From Convolutriloba macropyga (taxonomy: Eukaryota), in contig NC_134482.1 in NCBI RefSeq assembly GCF_964194025.1, positions 7,688,001-7,752,000 of the forward strand: a DNA stretch of 64,000 bases, read 5' to 3'. Below the pieces are notes generated by a model that saw only the letters and a program-made list of their open reading frames with translations, ran no database searches and had not been told where the DNA came from. Positions 49,138 to 62,400 of the stretch are shown here, piece by piece. Made by a program: the position numbers and the translations under genes. How positions within the stretch are numbered: position 1 is the stretch's first letter; the number at the start of each line of letters is the position of its first letter.

Positions 49138-49969
49138 CGCGCTTGTCACTTTTTTCTTTATGTTCATCAGCGCACGAAATAAAAAGAACAGAGTCAACAA
49201 TTAAATTTTAGATGATTGAGCAAAATTCCTAATGATTGAGATGATTGAGCAAACGTAAACTAGAGGATTAGGAATTCCACAAATTATGGCTTTTTCGATC
49301 TTTGATATCGGCACCATAATACACTCCTGAGTGGGATTAAGCAAAAAATCATGTTTTGACACACAAATGTTGTGGGTAATACGGTACTGAGAATATTGCA
49401 GATTAGATGACCTCTTCTGAAGAATTACAAGAATTTCTCGTGTCGGGCAACACGTTTTTTCGCGTGAATTAAATTAAATTTCAAGTAAACTTTAATGAAA
49501 GAACACACAAATTCTCAAATGTCTATCATAGGAAACTTGTGTAAAAATTTCAATCTTATTGGTAAACAAAAGACTTGATTGATCTTATTAATTGCAGGAG
49601 TTTACCTGAGAACAACTAAGAAACAGTTTGTGCAAAAATCTCGAATAAAAATTGGTAGTTCTCCTCATGCGGCCATACAACAGAAAATAGTGTGATTATT
49701 CATCGGACGAATAGAAAATATAAACATGGCAAGTCAAAAACCAATTCTTGGTAGTCAAAAAACGTCCTAGAAATTGCCAAAAAAACGCAGAATCAAAAAA
49801 AATAAAACTAGACAGAAAATCGTAAAAAATAGCCAACAAATCAGCATGAATCAGCCAAAAAAACGTCTAAAACAGCGCGGAAAACTTCTAAATTACCAAG
49901 AAAGGATATTGGTTCTAAAGGATAATGATTCTGATATGTTAATCTGAAAAACTAACAAATGCCAATATT

Positions 49970-51360
49970 TGGGCTCAATTCGGCTTAAAACAGCTGAAAA
50001 ACTGCTGAAAACGGCGCAGAAACATCTAAAACGCCCTCAAATTTGCCCAATCAGGGCTAATTTGACCCCCGGGGTGCTAATTTACTGATTGAAATGAATC
50101 CGATATCATTTTATAGCGCACCGGGAGAATATATTTCGAAATTCAGTATTTTTAATCGAAATTCTTCGAAAAGAAAAATTTGAATTGGGATTCAACTTGT
50201 AAGTGCTACCCAGAAATTAGCCAAAGCTTGACAGACTTGTGGGACTCGTCTTAAGATTTGCCCAGTACTGAAAAACTATTTTAGACTTGCGTTGCACTGA
50301 TTTAAACTTAGATTTTGGTACGGGTGGTTTCCGAATACAGCTATTTGCCATATAATGGTTTGCCATATTATGTAAAAAGAACTTTTAAAATCTGATATTT
50401 CAAACTTTTTCAAAAACGGTTTCTGTAAAGTGTCGAGGAAAGCTGAAAGACTTGTTTGATGCGATCATATATTACACTAAACATTGCAGAAATTGCGCAA
50501 ATCGAAGAGATTTGAGCAATTAAGAGAAGAACATGCTGGTCACGTTATGCCATTATTTCAGTTAGTATTAGTCAAACACTAATTACTATGCAATCACAAG
50601 TTAGGTTTTTAACCATTCTGTGATATTAGAAAGTAAACCTACGACATTCTGCAAACAAGAAAATCATGGCTTCTAATATATTCTACTGACAAATGTCGGT
50701 TATCCAGCGATCAACTGACAAGTATTGCAAGGAAATTGTTTTGTGTCGCAAGACAAAATAAACAATTCTGCCAGAGTAAATATCAAGTTTATGGTTAGCG
50801 ATGATACAATTTAACTGGTTACTTAATCAAGGACTGTAAATGACATTGACTGGTAGAACCGGAATCCAATCTGGAATTTGATTAATCAATGAGAAGTAGC
50901 CCATGTAAAAGCACAGTACAAATCTGCAACGAAATTAAAAAGCTTTAAAGAAATTACTAAGCGGACAGTTTGATTTGATGTTCACATTTTAAATATGCTA
51001 AATAACGAAATCGCATTTAAATTTAAGTTATTTTCTTTTAATAACCTTGAAGACTAGTCAGAATTTTTATCTGATTGTTGCAGCAGATTTTCAGTCCTTA
51101 TTGTTTTAATTCTCAAAAAATGTTGCGTATTTTCTAAGGAATGGTTAAGAGAAGAGAATTAATGATAATTACAAAATAAAATCAAAAAACAATATTGCTT
51201 GTAAAGTTAATGTTCGACATTTCCGAAAATCTGAAAAACTAGGAATTTTCATTTTTTTTGGCTCAAATTCGGCTTAAAACAGCTTTAAAACGGCTGAAAA
51301 CGGCTCAGAAACCCCTCAAATTAGCTTAATCAGGGCTAAATTAACCCCCGGGGTGCTAAA
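49970..51360. repeat. Two dispersed ~110-bp direct repeats (49970-50085; 51259-51360)
   Basis: ggctcaa(a)ttcggcttaaaacagct...aatcagggctaa...cccccggggtgctaa occurs twice. Confidence 0.75.
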
Positions 51361-52081
51361 AGTTAAATTATCGTAATTTGATCTCATAGAGTCTGCAAAG
51401 GAATTGAACTAGTTCATAGGAAAACGGTTGATCTTTTGAACTCAAACTTTATATTTTTGGATTATAAAGCTTTAAAAAATCCTGATTAATCGCCTAGGAA
51501 GAATAATTGAAACAAAGGTCAAAAATGAAGAGCTTTTTTTTCTAAATGTAGGGGTAAGAATGTTTTTTTTGTCTACGGGAATAACAAAATAGAATTAGAA
51601 TAGAAAGAGATCAACAAAATTATATATTCAGTTTTTTCAGGGAAATTCTCATTGCGGCTAACGTAATAATTTAAGTAACAATTGATCCAGTAATTAGGTA
51701 TTATTCAAGTGCTGCAAAATTCATGATACAAAAATTGACCAATCTGAGCTCCACCAAACTGTAACCATAGCAATCAGTTGATGAATACTTGCAGCTAAAA
51801 GTACTACTAATGGAAGGTAGTCTCAAAAACTTTAAAGATGTCCCTAAGGCAGATTTTTAACATTCGGCCTTGGTCAAGCCGCCATTTGTCTTTTTGTATT
51901 GAAATACGGAGCAGTTGCTAGAATTTTACTTAACATATTAACTGGGGAAACGGATCTACAGAACTTGAATCTGCTCATCTGCGAATTAAACAAACCCGGA
52001 AATAGGTGTCACTGCTGAACATGGCTAAAGGATGTAAGGATTGCGATTAATTTTAGTAAAAAGTGTAAAATTTGCGCTCAA

Positions 52082-52550
52082 TAAGATTAATGCGCTGAAA
52101 AAATTTCTAAGCGGTGAAATTTTTTTCACCGTTTAAACGATGAAATAAAATTTTTCACCGCTACCAGCAGAATGCAATGAAAAAAATTCTTAAGCGCTAC
52201 CAGCAGAAAGCGGCGAAGAACAATTTTTCAGCGCTAAAATGGCAAACCTTACAAATATTCACCGCTAATTTCAAACGCTTATGTTAATTGCACAGGAAAT
52301 ATCTTTGAAGAAAATGACAGATGGCGCAGTGGAATAAGAAAATGGTGACATGCAGGAGGTGAAATGTGCGAACCCCTGTACGGCAGTTTCTTTTTTGCAG
52401 GAAACCGGTGAATGCAGTTAAAAAAAATTTGCATCGCTAAAAACCTCGAATCTTACAAAAATTCACCGCTTTCACAGCATTCAACGCCGAAAGATGCGGG
52501 CGCTGTGTGGTGAAAAAGTTTTTTTTCACCGCTATTCAACGCTAATCTTA
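52082..52550. mobile_element. MITE with TTTTCACCGCT subterminal repeats and a central tRNA-like cassette
   Basis: Imperfect TIR TAAGATTA..GCGCTGAA / TTCAACGCTAATCTTA (terminal TA may be the TSD). A box TGGCGCAGTGG (52322), B-box-like GTGCGAACCCC (52366), T6 run (52391). Confidence 0.65.
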
Positions 52551-54310
52551 CATTATTTTTTGACAAAACTTCGTCCCGTTAAACTATATTTCAAAAACAA
52601 ATAGATTGAAAAGTTTCCGGGTAAAACAAAATGTTTCGAAATAGTTATTTGCAAACAGTGGGCTGGTTTATTTGCATTCAATCATTTGGTGTCGCGTTTT
52701 AAACCAATTTTCTTCAGCCCTCTATCAATTCACCCCGATTTATTCAACCCGCCATCATTTAACCCCACTATCGTTTAAACCCCTCTTTATAAAATTAGAA
52801 CAATTAGTTTAGTGAAAATTTCAGTACGAAAACAATCGGTATCATTATGTTCAGTATCAAAACTTTTTTTTTGATTACTGGTCTTTTAGTTGTTCATTTT
52901 CTATCAAACTCTGGTGATATCTTGTTCTTTTCTTCAAAAATAGTCGCGAACAACTATATTCAGAGGCTCGAAGATTAAGTTTATCACGGCTGTAATAATT
53001 GACAAGTCAATTCAAAATTGAAGACTAATTTGAACGTTGAACACAGAATTCAGTTCATTAAAACTGTTTCATGCCATCGTGAGCACATTTGAGTAATTTT
53101 AATATTTGGTTCATAATTGTATCTTATACATTGTAAATTCGCATGAATGAATAAGTTCGAAGCAATTTGTCAAATAAGCCCGGTAGAAAACAAAAATGTT
53201 TGTCAAACAGAGTAAAATCAAATGCGTATAGACCGAGTTTTTGATCCGATGTTTTATCTGACGCACGTTTTGCAACTTGCCATTATAAAGATGGCCGTTC
53301 GCTTACAAACTGAAAAGACTGACTACTTACCATCACAGTCTTCGTACTAAATCTTTTTAAATGAGTTCAGTATCAAAACAGTTTTAAAAATTTTAAGATA
53401 CTTTTCAAAAATTTATTACGTAATTCTGATCATGTGATATACTATATAAAAGACGAGAAGAAAACTTTTCTCTTCATTTTAAATTGTTCAACATCACAGC
53501 ACTTTTCAACAGTCTAATAGCCTGCTTTGCACTGCCTTGCAGAAACAAAATATCGGTAAATCTCTTTTTTTTTCTAGATTTTTTATTAATAGAAAAAAAT
53601 TTATTAGTAGATCTTTTATTAGTACTTGAAATCGTCCATAATTTTCCGAAGGATGGTGTTGAACAATTTGACACTTTTTACCACTCGTAATCTTTACCAG
53701 AAAACTTATGGAACGATACGTCATTGATGTTATCAGAATTCGAGAACCATTGATTCTGACTTTCCCGAGGTCAATGGCACATAGACGCATTTTTTGCACA
53801 ACAAGACGAAAAACTTATAACTTATATCATAACATATGTATTTGTCTAAACAATAGATGAAGTTTATTTATGTGCATTAGGGTTAACAAATCGATCTCTA
53901 TACTTCTTTTGAAACGTTTGTTATTACAAAGGTAACCAGAGAAAAAAGAGTTATATTGGTTAACATGGTTGACAAACGGATAGTTTTACCCTGCAGACTA
54001 AAAATTGAAACGGTTTTCTGTTTAAAACCCTTCGAGCACCATACAAAAATATCATATGAAAACTTGACCAACATACGCAAACATGAATGTACTTGTAGTT
54101 ACACAACAAAAGTACTTGTATAAGATCTTGTAATCCTTGACCATCGACCCAGCTTCAATTGATCGGCAACTATCGTCGCTCAAGTTTCTTGCAAGCATTA
54201 CGTGCTTATCTTACAAGATTTTGTTAGAAATCACTGACATCATGAGCCTCAATATATTGCCAGATATCATTCAAGATAATAGAATATAGATTTCGATAAA
54301 CAAAATAGTG

Positions 54311-54478
54311 ATCTATTCTGTTTGCCCCCCCCCCCCCCCCCAGCTTAGTGAACATAAATCTTTTAAGACCTCCAGGCGCACGTGACATAGTACATAGTAA
54401 CGTGCTATATGATAACATATAATTTGTAACTGGGGGTCATAAAAAACACTGGGGGGGGGGGGGGGGGGCAGAATAGAT
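54311..54478. mobile_element. Short MITE with poly-C/poly-G inverted ends
   Basis: ATCTATTCTG..GCCCCC(n) / (n)GGGGGCAGAATAGAT. Related copy at ~7500-7680. Confidence 0.6.
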
Positions 54479-54565
54479 TCCAAAATAGGACCTGACTACT
54501 TATGAGCTGCGTGGTTTGTGAGTTGTTTGTTCTATTTACAGAAGAGTTCACCACCTCATCTAGAA

Positions 54566-54775
54566 ATGCTGCGACTGATTGTTCTACTGCTCTTTTTTGT
54601 TACCATCACACAAGCTGATGTTATGGGAAGGCGCTACCAACAATGGGACGACTTGAAAGAGCGTGGCTATTCGTACCCACAAGAGAGCTCTAAAAGGAAA
54701 GCCTGCTTCATGAGCTATAATTGTCCTCCGTACTATCAGTGTCAATTATTCACGTGTGTTCATTTGCGATATTAG
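54566..54775 (+). CDS. Small secreted cysteine-rich peptide precursor (69 aa)
   Basis: MLRLIVLLLFFVTITQA signal peptide, GRR and KR basic sites, C-terminal C-x5-C-x5-C-x4-C. Acceptor TTTACAG| at 54541 upstream of the ATG and AATAAA at 54976. Confidence 0.75.
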   Translation: MLRLIVLLLFFVTITQADVMGRRYQQWDDLKERGYSYPQESSKRKACFMSYNCPPYYQCQLFTCVHLRY

Positions 54776-55271
54776 CCATTGAGAAAGTGCTGAAATGTCA
54801 AGAATATAATTTTGCTCCAAAGTATTATCTAAATTGGGACTAACGTGGGGCTTTATAATTATTCTCGAAATATACATTTTTGATCCATATTACTAGTTTC
54901 GCTAATTTGCAGCTCTGCAACTTTGTTACTAACTAAATAATTGTATGTAATTTGTTCAGCTTTACGTTTCTTTTGAATAAAATTTGTAAAGAATTGATTT
55001 CTTTCAGAAATTCATTTCACAGGCTAAGTGATATAAAAATAAAATGATATAGGTATCCGAAGGTTGTCAACAGAGATCAGTATAAAACTCAAAATGACAG
55101 AACTTAAGAATTAAAAAAAAACTGAATTAGAATGAACTGCTTTGTTTTCTATGCATCCTATACAATCAAAGCTCTATCGGATGAAAACAGGTAAAACACG
55201 GCCACGTGCATTCATCGTGTTAATCAAGAACGTGTATATTTGTTTTTGCACGTTGGTAAAATCATTTTAAC

Positions 55272-55413
55272 AAATTTTTTGAATTTATTGTTAATTGTTT
55301 GGTTGTTTATTAATTAATGGTTAGGAAAAAATATAGAGAAGTCAATTTTTTTGAATTTATTGTTTATTATTTGGTTGTTTATTAATTAATGGTTTAGAAG
55401 AAATATAGAGAAA
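55272..55413. repeat. ~72-bp tandem duplication
   Basis: aatttttt(t)gaatttattgtt...aaatatagagaa occurs twice. Confidence 0.85.
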
Positions 55414-56753
55414 TTATCGGTTGCTAAAATTTTGTGAAGCAAAAAAAAACATTCCAGAAGAACTGTTATGTTGCGCTAATTAGTAATGGTCACCAAACTA
55501 AACTATTTTAAATCAATTTTTCTTTTCGCGCTGTCATTTGACCTGTCAATCACTTGTCAGAAATTTATTTCTGTCGCCCAAATAAACATGACTCTAATAT
55601 CCACTGACTTCAGAAAGCTCAGCTTGATTGTATCACTGGCATGTATATTTCTCATGAAAATCATTGAAAAAAAATTACGTCCAGGATGCCGAAGCGAAAT
55701 CCATTCATGACCCAATAGAGTGAAACTTTTTGACTCATTAAAATTTTCTATATTTTTCATAGATACATGCTATAAATACAGCTAGAGTTTGTATACTTTT
55801 AGCTCTAATTTTACTTAAAAATTTAACTACTGAAGGTTTTTGAAAATCAAACAGCTTTTTGTCACAAGTCTATTTCTTACTAAGTAGATTCAAGACCCAC
55901 TTCTTAAACTTAGCAGCTTGGTTTAAAGTTGCGCATTATTATTGGTCCTATGACGGTATTTGATATACGGTTTAAAAAGAACAGATCAGTGATTCCCAGC
56001 TAAAATTCTCAAGCATCAATTATTACTTGAGGCAAGCGCAATAAAGGGTGTAGGGATTCGGACATCAATTTTTTCGCATGTAATAGAGAAGGAATACGCT
56101 ATTGTGACCTCGCAAAGTTCAAAACAGTAACCAACTTTCTATCGAAGAAGGAAGAAAAATCGGCACAGTAATAGATGACCAGGAAGCAAAACTTAGACTA
56201 CGAGACGGCATTAAAGCATAACCAATAACGAAAATATCTGTTACAGAAATGCCCGAGAGTCTACATATCAGATGGTAGGCGAGGGGTTTGTGAGCTCTTC
56301 TTTGGGTAAAAAAGTCATTGCATTCTAAGAGGAAGCTGGGCACAACATTTGAAAACTTTTCCAAAAACAAAACAATACCTTCAGGAACACAACAATGTTT
56401 TGTGCGCTGAATGTTGAGATATGTCATATTCAAGTCAAATTCTGCGCTGAAGAAAAAATTTCAACATAAGTGAAAAAGTGCGACATTCCTCAAATCCAGA
56501 AACCCCAACCAAATTAAATAAGTACAACGAAAAACAATTTTTCTGACGAAATATACAATCCCTCGGTGCAAGTAAGAAATTATTTGATAATCAAGTACAA
56601 ACTTATAGCATGTCTGTAACATATTGGCATTTATCGTTAAAAAATTGCACAGGACAAATTTAAGTGGTTGACTGCACATGAAAATCACCTGAAATGTGGA
56701 CTGAGTTCCCTAAATCTCTGTCTGTTGAAAATAAAAGACATCCCGAAGCATAT

Positions 56754-57349
56754 TGTCATACAGATTTGGTTACTGTATGCCGAGTAGACTTGCAGTGCCA
56801 AATGACAGAGTTTATCGATTAGATTTATTGGCTATTTGGCGGAGCGAATTCAATATTAATTTTGTAATTTATTAATCCAATTTTCTGAGTGCAGAGAATA
56901 CGTAAAATTGGTGGCACGAAATTAGCTTTATCAACTAGACTCGTATTTCGCTTTACTAAATGTAGTTTAGAATTGTTCGATATGAATTAGCGCTTTAGCG
57001 GAGCGGATTTCAGATTAAAAGAGAGACATCTGAATTTGAATTAGGAAAGATGAAGTATGAGGAAATTAAAGTTAACTAAATCTGAACAACAATTTGATCA
57101 CAACAAAATATCTCTAAACGCGGCAACTCAAATCACAAGACTTCGTGAACAGACATGGTTTTCAGACACAGGATGTAAACAAATTAAAGAAACGTGAAAC
57201 ATGAAGATTTAATCTTCAAACAAGAAATTGGAAATGAAATTAAACTAAATGATAAACAAAATGAACTAAATTAAGATTAACTTAAATTAAATTCATTTGG
57301 TATACCCAAATCAATAGCCCCTTTTGACACAATGTTCTACTATATCACA
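56754..57349 (-). repeat. Gypsy 1 3' LTR (596 bp)
   Basis: TG...CA ends with a short terminal inverted repeat, adjacent PPT. Confidence 0.9.
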
Positions 57350-57923
57350 TTTCCCCATCAACAAAATAAGCGACGAAGTAGTTTATAAGAAAATAATAAC
57401 ATATGTACTGATTACTATAAATAATACTATTATGTTTTTGCAAGTTTTAATCTGTATCACTTTCATATAATCTCTCTGCCTCTCCGACTGCCATTGACTT
57501 CTCTGGACCCTCGTAATTGGGTGAAATGTAATACTGGGTCGGATGCGTTTGTACAGGAGAACATGGCCCCACTGTAACATCTGTTTCTACATGTTGACTT
57601 TGAGTGGCAGTTTTCTTAATTGATGTAATAATAGATTTGTTCTGTATTTGTGTCTGTTTAATTAGTTGTCTTCGTTTACTTCGCGAGGGTGCAGTGGAGC
57701 TCGAAGTTGTTGGCGGACAGGTTTGGACGGGTGCCAATGAGTCCTCCGATTCCGTGATTGACGGAGAAGATCATTTACTCTTTAATGGCTGTAGTGCTGC
57801 TGTTGCCTTTGTGGCAGCTTTCCTTTTTGGTCTCGTTGGAGGCTCCGCAATCACAATCGATGTCAATGGCAGCTCCATTGGTGGCGCGAAATCACATATG
57901 TCTTCTGTAGGTGGCTGTGGCGG

Positions 57924-59297
57924 TGCTGTTATGACTGTTCTTTTGGGTTTCGTTGGCATGCGTACTCTGAGCGCTCTTGTGACGTTCGAAGGAATTGAGG
58001 ATACCGCAATAGCGTCGTCGGCTATCTTCCTATGTTTCATTCTTTTGTTTCCCTCTAATTTCTTTCTTGCCTCTTTCGCGTGTTGATTTATGAGGTCTTC
58101 TGTTGTTTTTCCGGAGGGTATTTTGGGCCTCCTATTGGCGTACATTTGGAGTTCAGTTTGGCGCACCGCTTTCGTTCCGAATTTCGCCAAATCTGAATTG
58201 CGGATTGTAACGTCTCTTTTTCCGGGTTCTTTTATGACAGAAGCATATCTGTCTGTTTTTACCAATGAAGAACCTGGCGCCAAAACCTCGTACAGTCCAT
58301 CTAGACTTTTCTTCGACCTTTTGGTCTTCGGTTTCTTTTTGGCTAAGTTGGCTGCTAGGGAAGTTTCTGTCCGCGGTACTGGCAAACCGACCTCAGGATG
58401 AGAAATCATTTTGGACTCTTTTTTTGGATCCGAGTTCCTTCTTCTAGCTGCATCTTTGCTCAGTTTGTCCCTGTTATGTTCTAATTCCGTGTCGCTTCTG
58501 TTGAAAACTTTTCCAAAAACAAAACAATACCTTCAGGAACACAACAATGTTTTGTGCGCTGAATGTTGAGATATGTCAAATTCAAGTCAAATTCTGCGCT
58601 GAAGAAAAAAATTTTCAACATAAGTGAAAAAGTGCGACATTCCTCAAATCCGTGTAGGCGGAAACCCCAACCAAACTAAATAAGTACAACGAAAAACAAT
58701 TTTTCTGACGAAATATACAATGCTGTTATGACTGTTCGTTTGGGTTTCGTTGGCATGCGTACTTTGAGCGCTCTTGTGACGTTCGAATGAATTGAGGATA
58801 CCGCACTAGCGTCGTCGGCTATCTTCCTATGTTTCATTCTTTTGTTTCCCTCTAATTTCTTTCTTGCCTCTTTCGCGTGTTGATTTATGAGGTCTTCTGT
58901 TGTTTTTCCGGACGGTATTTTGGGCCTCATATTGACGTACATTTGGAGTTCAGTTTGGCGCTCGGTTTTCATTCCGAATTTCGTCAAATCTGTATTGCGG
59001 ATTGTGACGCCTCTTTTTCCGGGTTCTTTTATGACAGAAGTATATGTGTCTGTTTTTACCACTGAAGAACCTGTCGCCAAAACCTCGTACAGTCCATCTA
59101 GATTTTTCTTCGACCTTTCGGTCTTCGGTTTCTTTTTGGCTAATTTGACTGCTAGGGAAGTTTCTGTCCGCGGTACTGGCAAACCAATCTCAGAATGAGA
59201 AATCATTTTGGACTCTTTTTCTGGATCCGCGTTCCTTCTTCTAGTTGCATCTGTGCTCAGTTTGTCCCTGTTATGTTCTAATTCCATGTCGCTTCTG
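57924..59297. repeat. 577-bp internal duplication separated by a 220-bp copy of flanking DNA
   Basis: 57924-58500 matches 58721-59297. 58501-58721 matches 56349-56559. Confidence 0.92.
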
Positions 59298-59499
59298 GCT
59301 TCTACGTCCCAGTTTTCTTCCGAAATGAGTTCGTCCCAACGGACTGTCTCCAAATCTAAATATTTATTCAAAATCTGTTTATACGTGAGACTTTTAGGAT
59401 CAAGTTTCGTTAATATGTTACTTAATGGAGTATTGGCCTTTCTACCAAAGTGGGCTTCAAATGGTGATATATTGATAGTCTTTTGACGGCATATATGTG

Positions 59500-62400
59500 G
59501 CTGGTAAAAAATGGAATTTATCGATGCTTTCAAATTAAATTGATTTCGCGCCGCCGTTTTAATACAAGCTAAACGGTTCTTGATTGTTTGAATTAGCCTT
59601 TCAACTAGTCCAATCGCTCTGTGATCGTGTATTGGAGCTTCAATTAGCTGTATATTATTTTGATTACAAAATGCTTTATTTTGGTGACCCGTTTGGCATC
59701 CAGCTTGGTCTTATCTAATTGAACGGGGTATTCCGTGTAGCAAAACATACTCTTGAAGAAATTTCAAAATGTTATCTGCATTAGCTCTATACCTCTGCGG
59801 TTGGAAAGTTAGAAAATCGATCTAAACATGCAAGAAAGTATACTTCTTGATTTTTTTCATTATAAACTGATCCACCAAAATCAATTTGGATTTCTTCATT
59901 TGGTACTTTTCATAACTTTAATGGTTCCCGTTTGCTAGCAGGAATAATAGACTTGGAATGTTTACCGATTTTAACACAGGAATTGCACTTTGCCGTCTTT
60001 GTAACTATGTCCCGATGCATGTAGGGCCACCATGCATGTGTCGCCATATCTGTCATCCCCCAGCTTCATGGGTGGGTTGCATGAATGGCTTCCACGTACG
60101 CATCTTTGATCGAGTTCGGGATGGCTATTCTTTCATCGATGCACACGCATCCATTCTGGACGTGCAAATACTTCCAAAAAGAATAGTTATATGGTGAAAT
60201 TTGTTTGCATCGAACCTCGTTTTACGTCAGGATGCAGTCTCTTATTTCTTTGAGGATCGCGTCCTTGGTGGTTAGACTGGCCATCAATGTGCTGGAGGAA
60301 ATTTTGGATAGTGCAAAATTGAAGGCATCTGTATACAGATCGTCGGTTGAAGGTGACGTTACTGTTGTAGTATCAGTATTTGGAGTAGAAAGTGTTGCTT
60401 GCACTGCGGGAGCCGTTGATGGTCCTGCCTCATCGGCAAATCTAACTTTGGAGGGTGTCGATTGTTTTACTTGCATCAGAGCTTCTTCATCAGAGATCGA
60501 CACAATGAGGACACTGTTGAACTTGTTAGCAATTCGTTGGAAATTATTCAATTTAGTAGGCAACTTATCAGTAGAGCGGTTCAATGCAAAAAGCGAGTGA
60601 GGAATGTTTACTGTCTCGATTTGGAGATTAGAATTTGAGTTAGTTGGTTCTAATTTGCTAATTGAATTATCATTCTCCGTAATTGCATCATATTCTGAAT
60701 TTCGCGGTGCGAATTCACTACAAAATTTACTATTGGAATTTGGAGTATTTGAGGCTTGTTTTATAAGCAAAATCGACGTAATTCTCGGCATTTAATAAGA
60801 AGCGTTTCGCGCTGCGCTTAATCACATCAAATTTAGCAACTATGAATTGCTCGTCATAAGCAGATATATTAACGGCTTTTTGTTGCGGGTCGCGAGAGAT
60901 AGAGTCAACTAATCCCATTTTTGAACTAGGAAGATGATCGATCGTAAAATCAGAAGGTAGTAGTCGATCTACCCAACGTGTTAGTCGACTATTGTAAGAT
61001 TTATTAGCTCTATTGTCTCTCATGATCAAAAGCAAAACCCTATGATCAGTTATTATAGTGAATAGTTTGTCGTATAAATAATATTTGAAATGTTCAATAG
61101 AGCAGACAACGCCCATTAGCTCGAGCTCACTGGTGCTATATCTATCTTCCACAGAACTCAGAAATCGCGATGCAAATGCCACGGTGTGCCAACTATTTGG
61201 AGTTCGTTGTTCTAATGCGCAACACAAGCCTTTTGGACAGGCGTCACGTTTTATACGTGTTCCTAAGTCCGGATAAAAATGCTTATTTTCGGTTGTTTCG
61301 GCAATCTTCTCTTTTATCAATTTGAATTGTTTCTTATGTTCATCCCTCCAAATAAATTTTGTATTTCTCTTTAAGCAGAGGTTTAAGTGGATAACATAAT
61401 TGCGACAAGTTCGGAATAAATTTGCCCAGATGATGAACTGATCCCATAAAGGATCTGAGTTTTTTGAGATTTGAAGGTGACGTTAATTTTTCGATTGCAT
61501 CCGTTTTATTCGAAAATGGTGTAATGCCTGTTTGAGTTATGCTATGTCCAAGCCATTCAAATTTATCTTTGCAAAATGACATTTCGCAAGATTTATTCGA
61601 AGATTTTCTTGATCTAATTTGATCAAACATTACCGAACAAGATCGAGATGTTGTTCTATTCCTCCTCTGCTCACTATCAGTATATCGTCCAAAAAGCAGA
61701 ATGTATTGTTTAAGCCGGCGAGGGTACAATCTATTGCTTTTTGAAATTCGGCTGGCATATCCTTAAGACAGTAAAATCCCGGTTTAAAACGATATGTTCC
61801 GGTCATATCTGCGCTTACAAGATTGAAGTTACAATGGCGGGTCGTATCATTATGTAAATTTAATTGACTGTAAGCGTACTGCAAATCGAGAGTCGTAAAA
61901 TAAGCCGTCTCTTGCGGCGCGGTTGACAGTGTTTGTGAAATCGTCTGGATTAGCAAATCTATATTCGGCATTTGATATTTGTTTTTTGTGGATAGCTTTA
62001 TTCAGGATTTTGGAATCTGATGCTATTTTGATTGATTGATCCTTTTTGACTGTAATGACTATCGGAGATATGAAGAACTGATTAGAGCAGTTTAATAGTT
62101 TTTCGATATGTCCTTCATTCAACAATTTTTCAAGTTCGATTTTAGTTTTTGGTTGGAGATGAATCGGCACTTTCCTCCCTTTTTGATGTGTAACTCGATA
62201 ATTTTTATGAAATTTTGAAATGACTGTATGGTGCGTCGATTTTCCTATTCGTGAGATTAGTTCAGGAAATTCTTTTGCCAGTGATTTTTTGATTGCACAG
62301 GGTGTTTCTATGTTATTGATTTCTGTATTTGGGCAAGTTTTCTGTGAAATTGTCATTCCCAATTGATCAAACAGGTCTCGTCCAAGAATGGGCCGAAATC

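Noticed and set aside
55450-56750. Possible decayed transposase flanking Gypsy 1
   Set aside because: Looks coding-like but no diagnostic motif could be read. Needs blastx.
57604-60795. Plus-strand ORFs antisense to Gypsy pol as an extra gene or env
   Set aside because: Shadow frames of the minus-strand coding sequence with no independent motifs.
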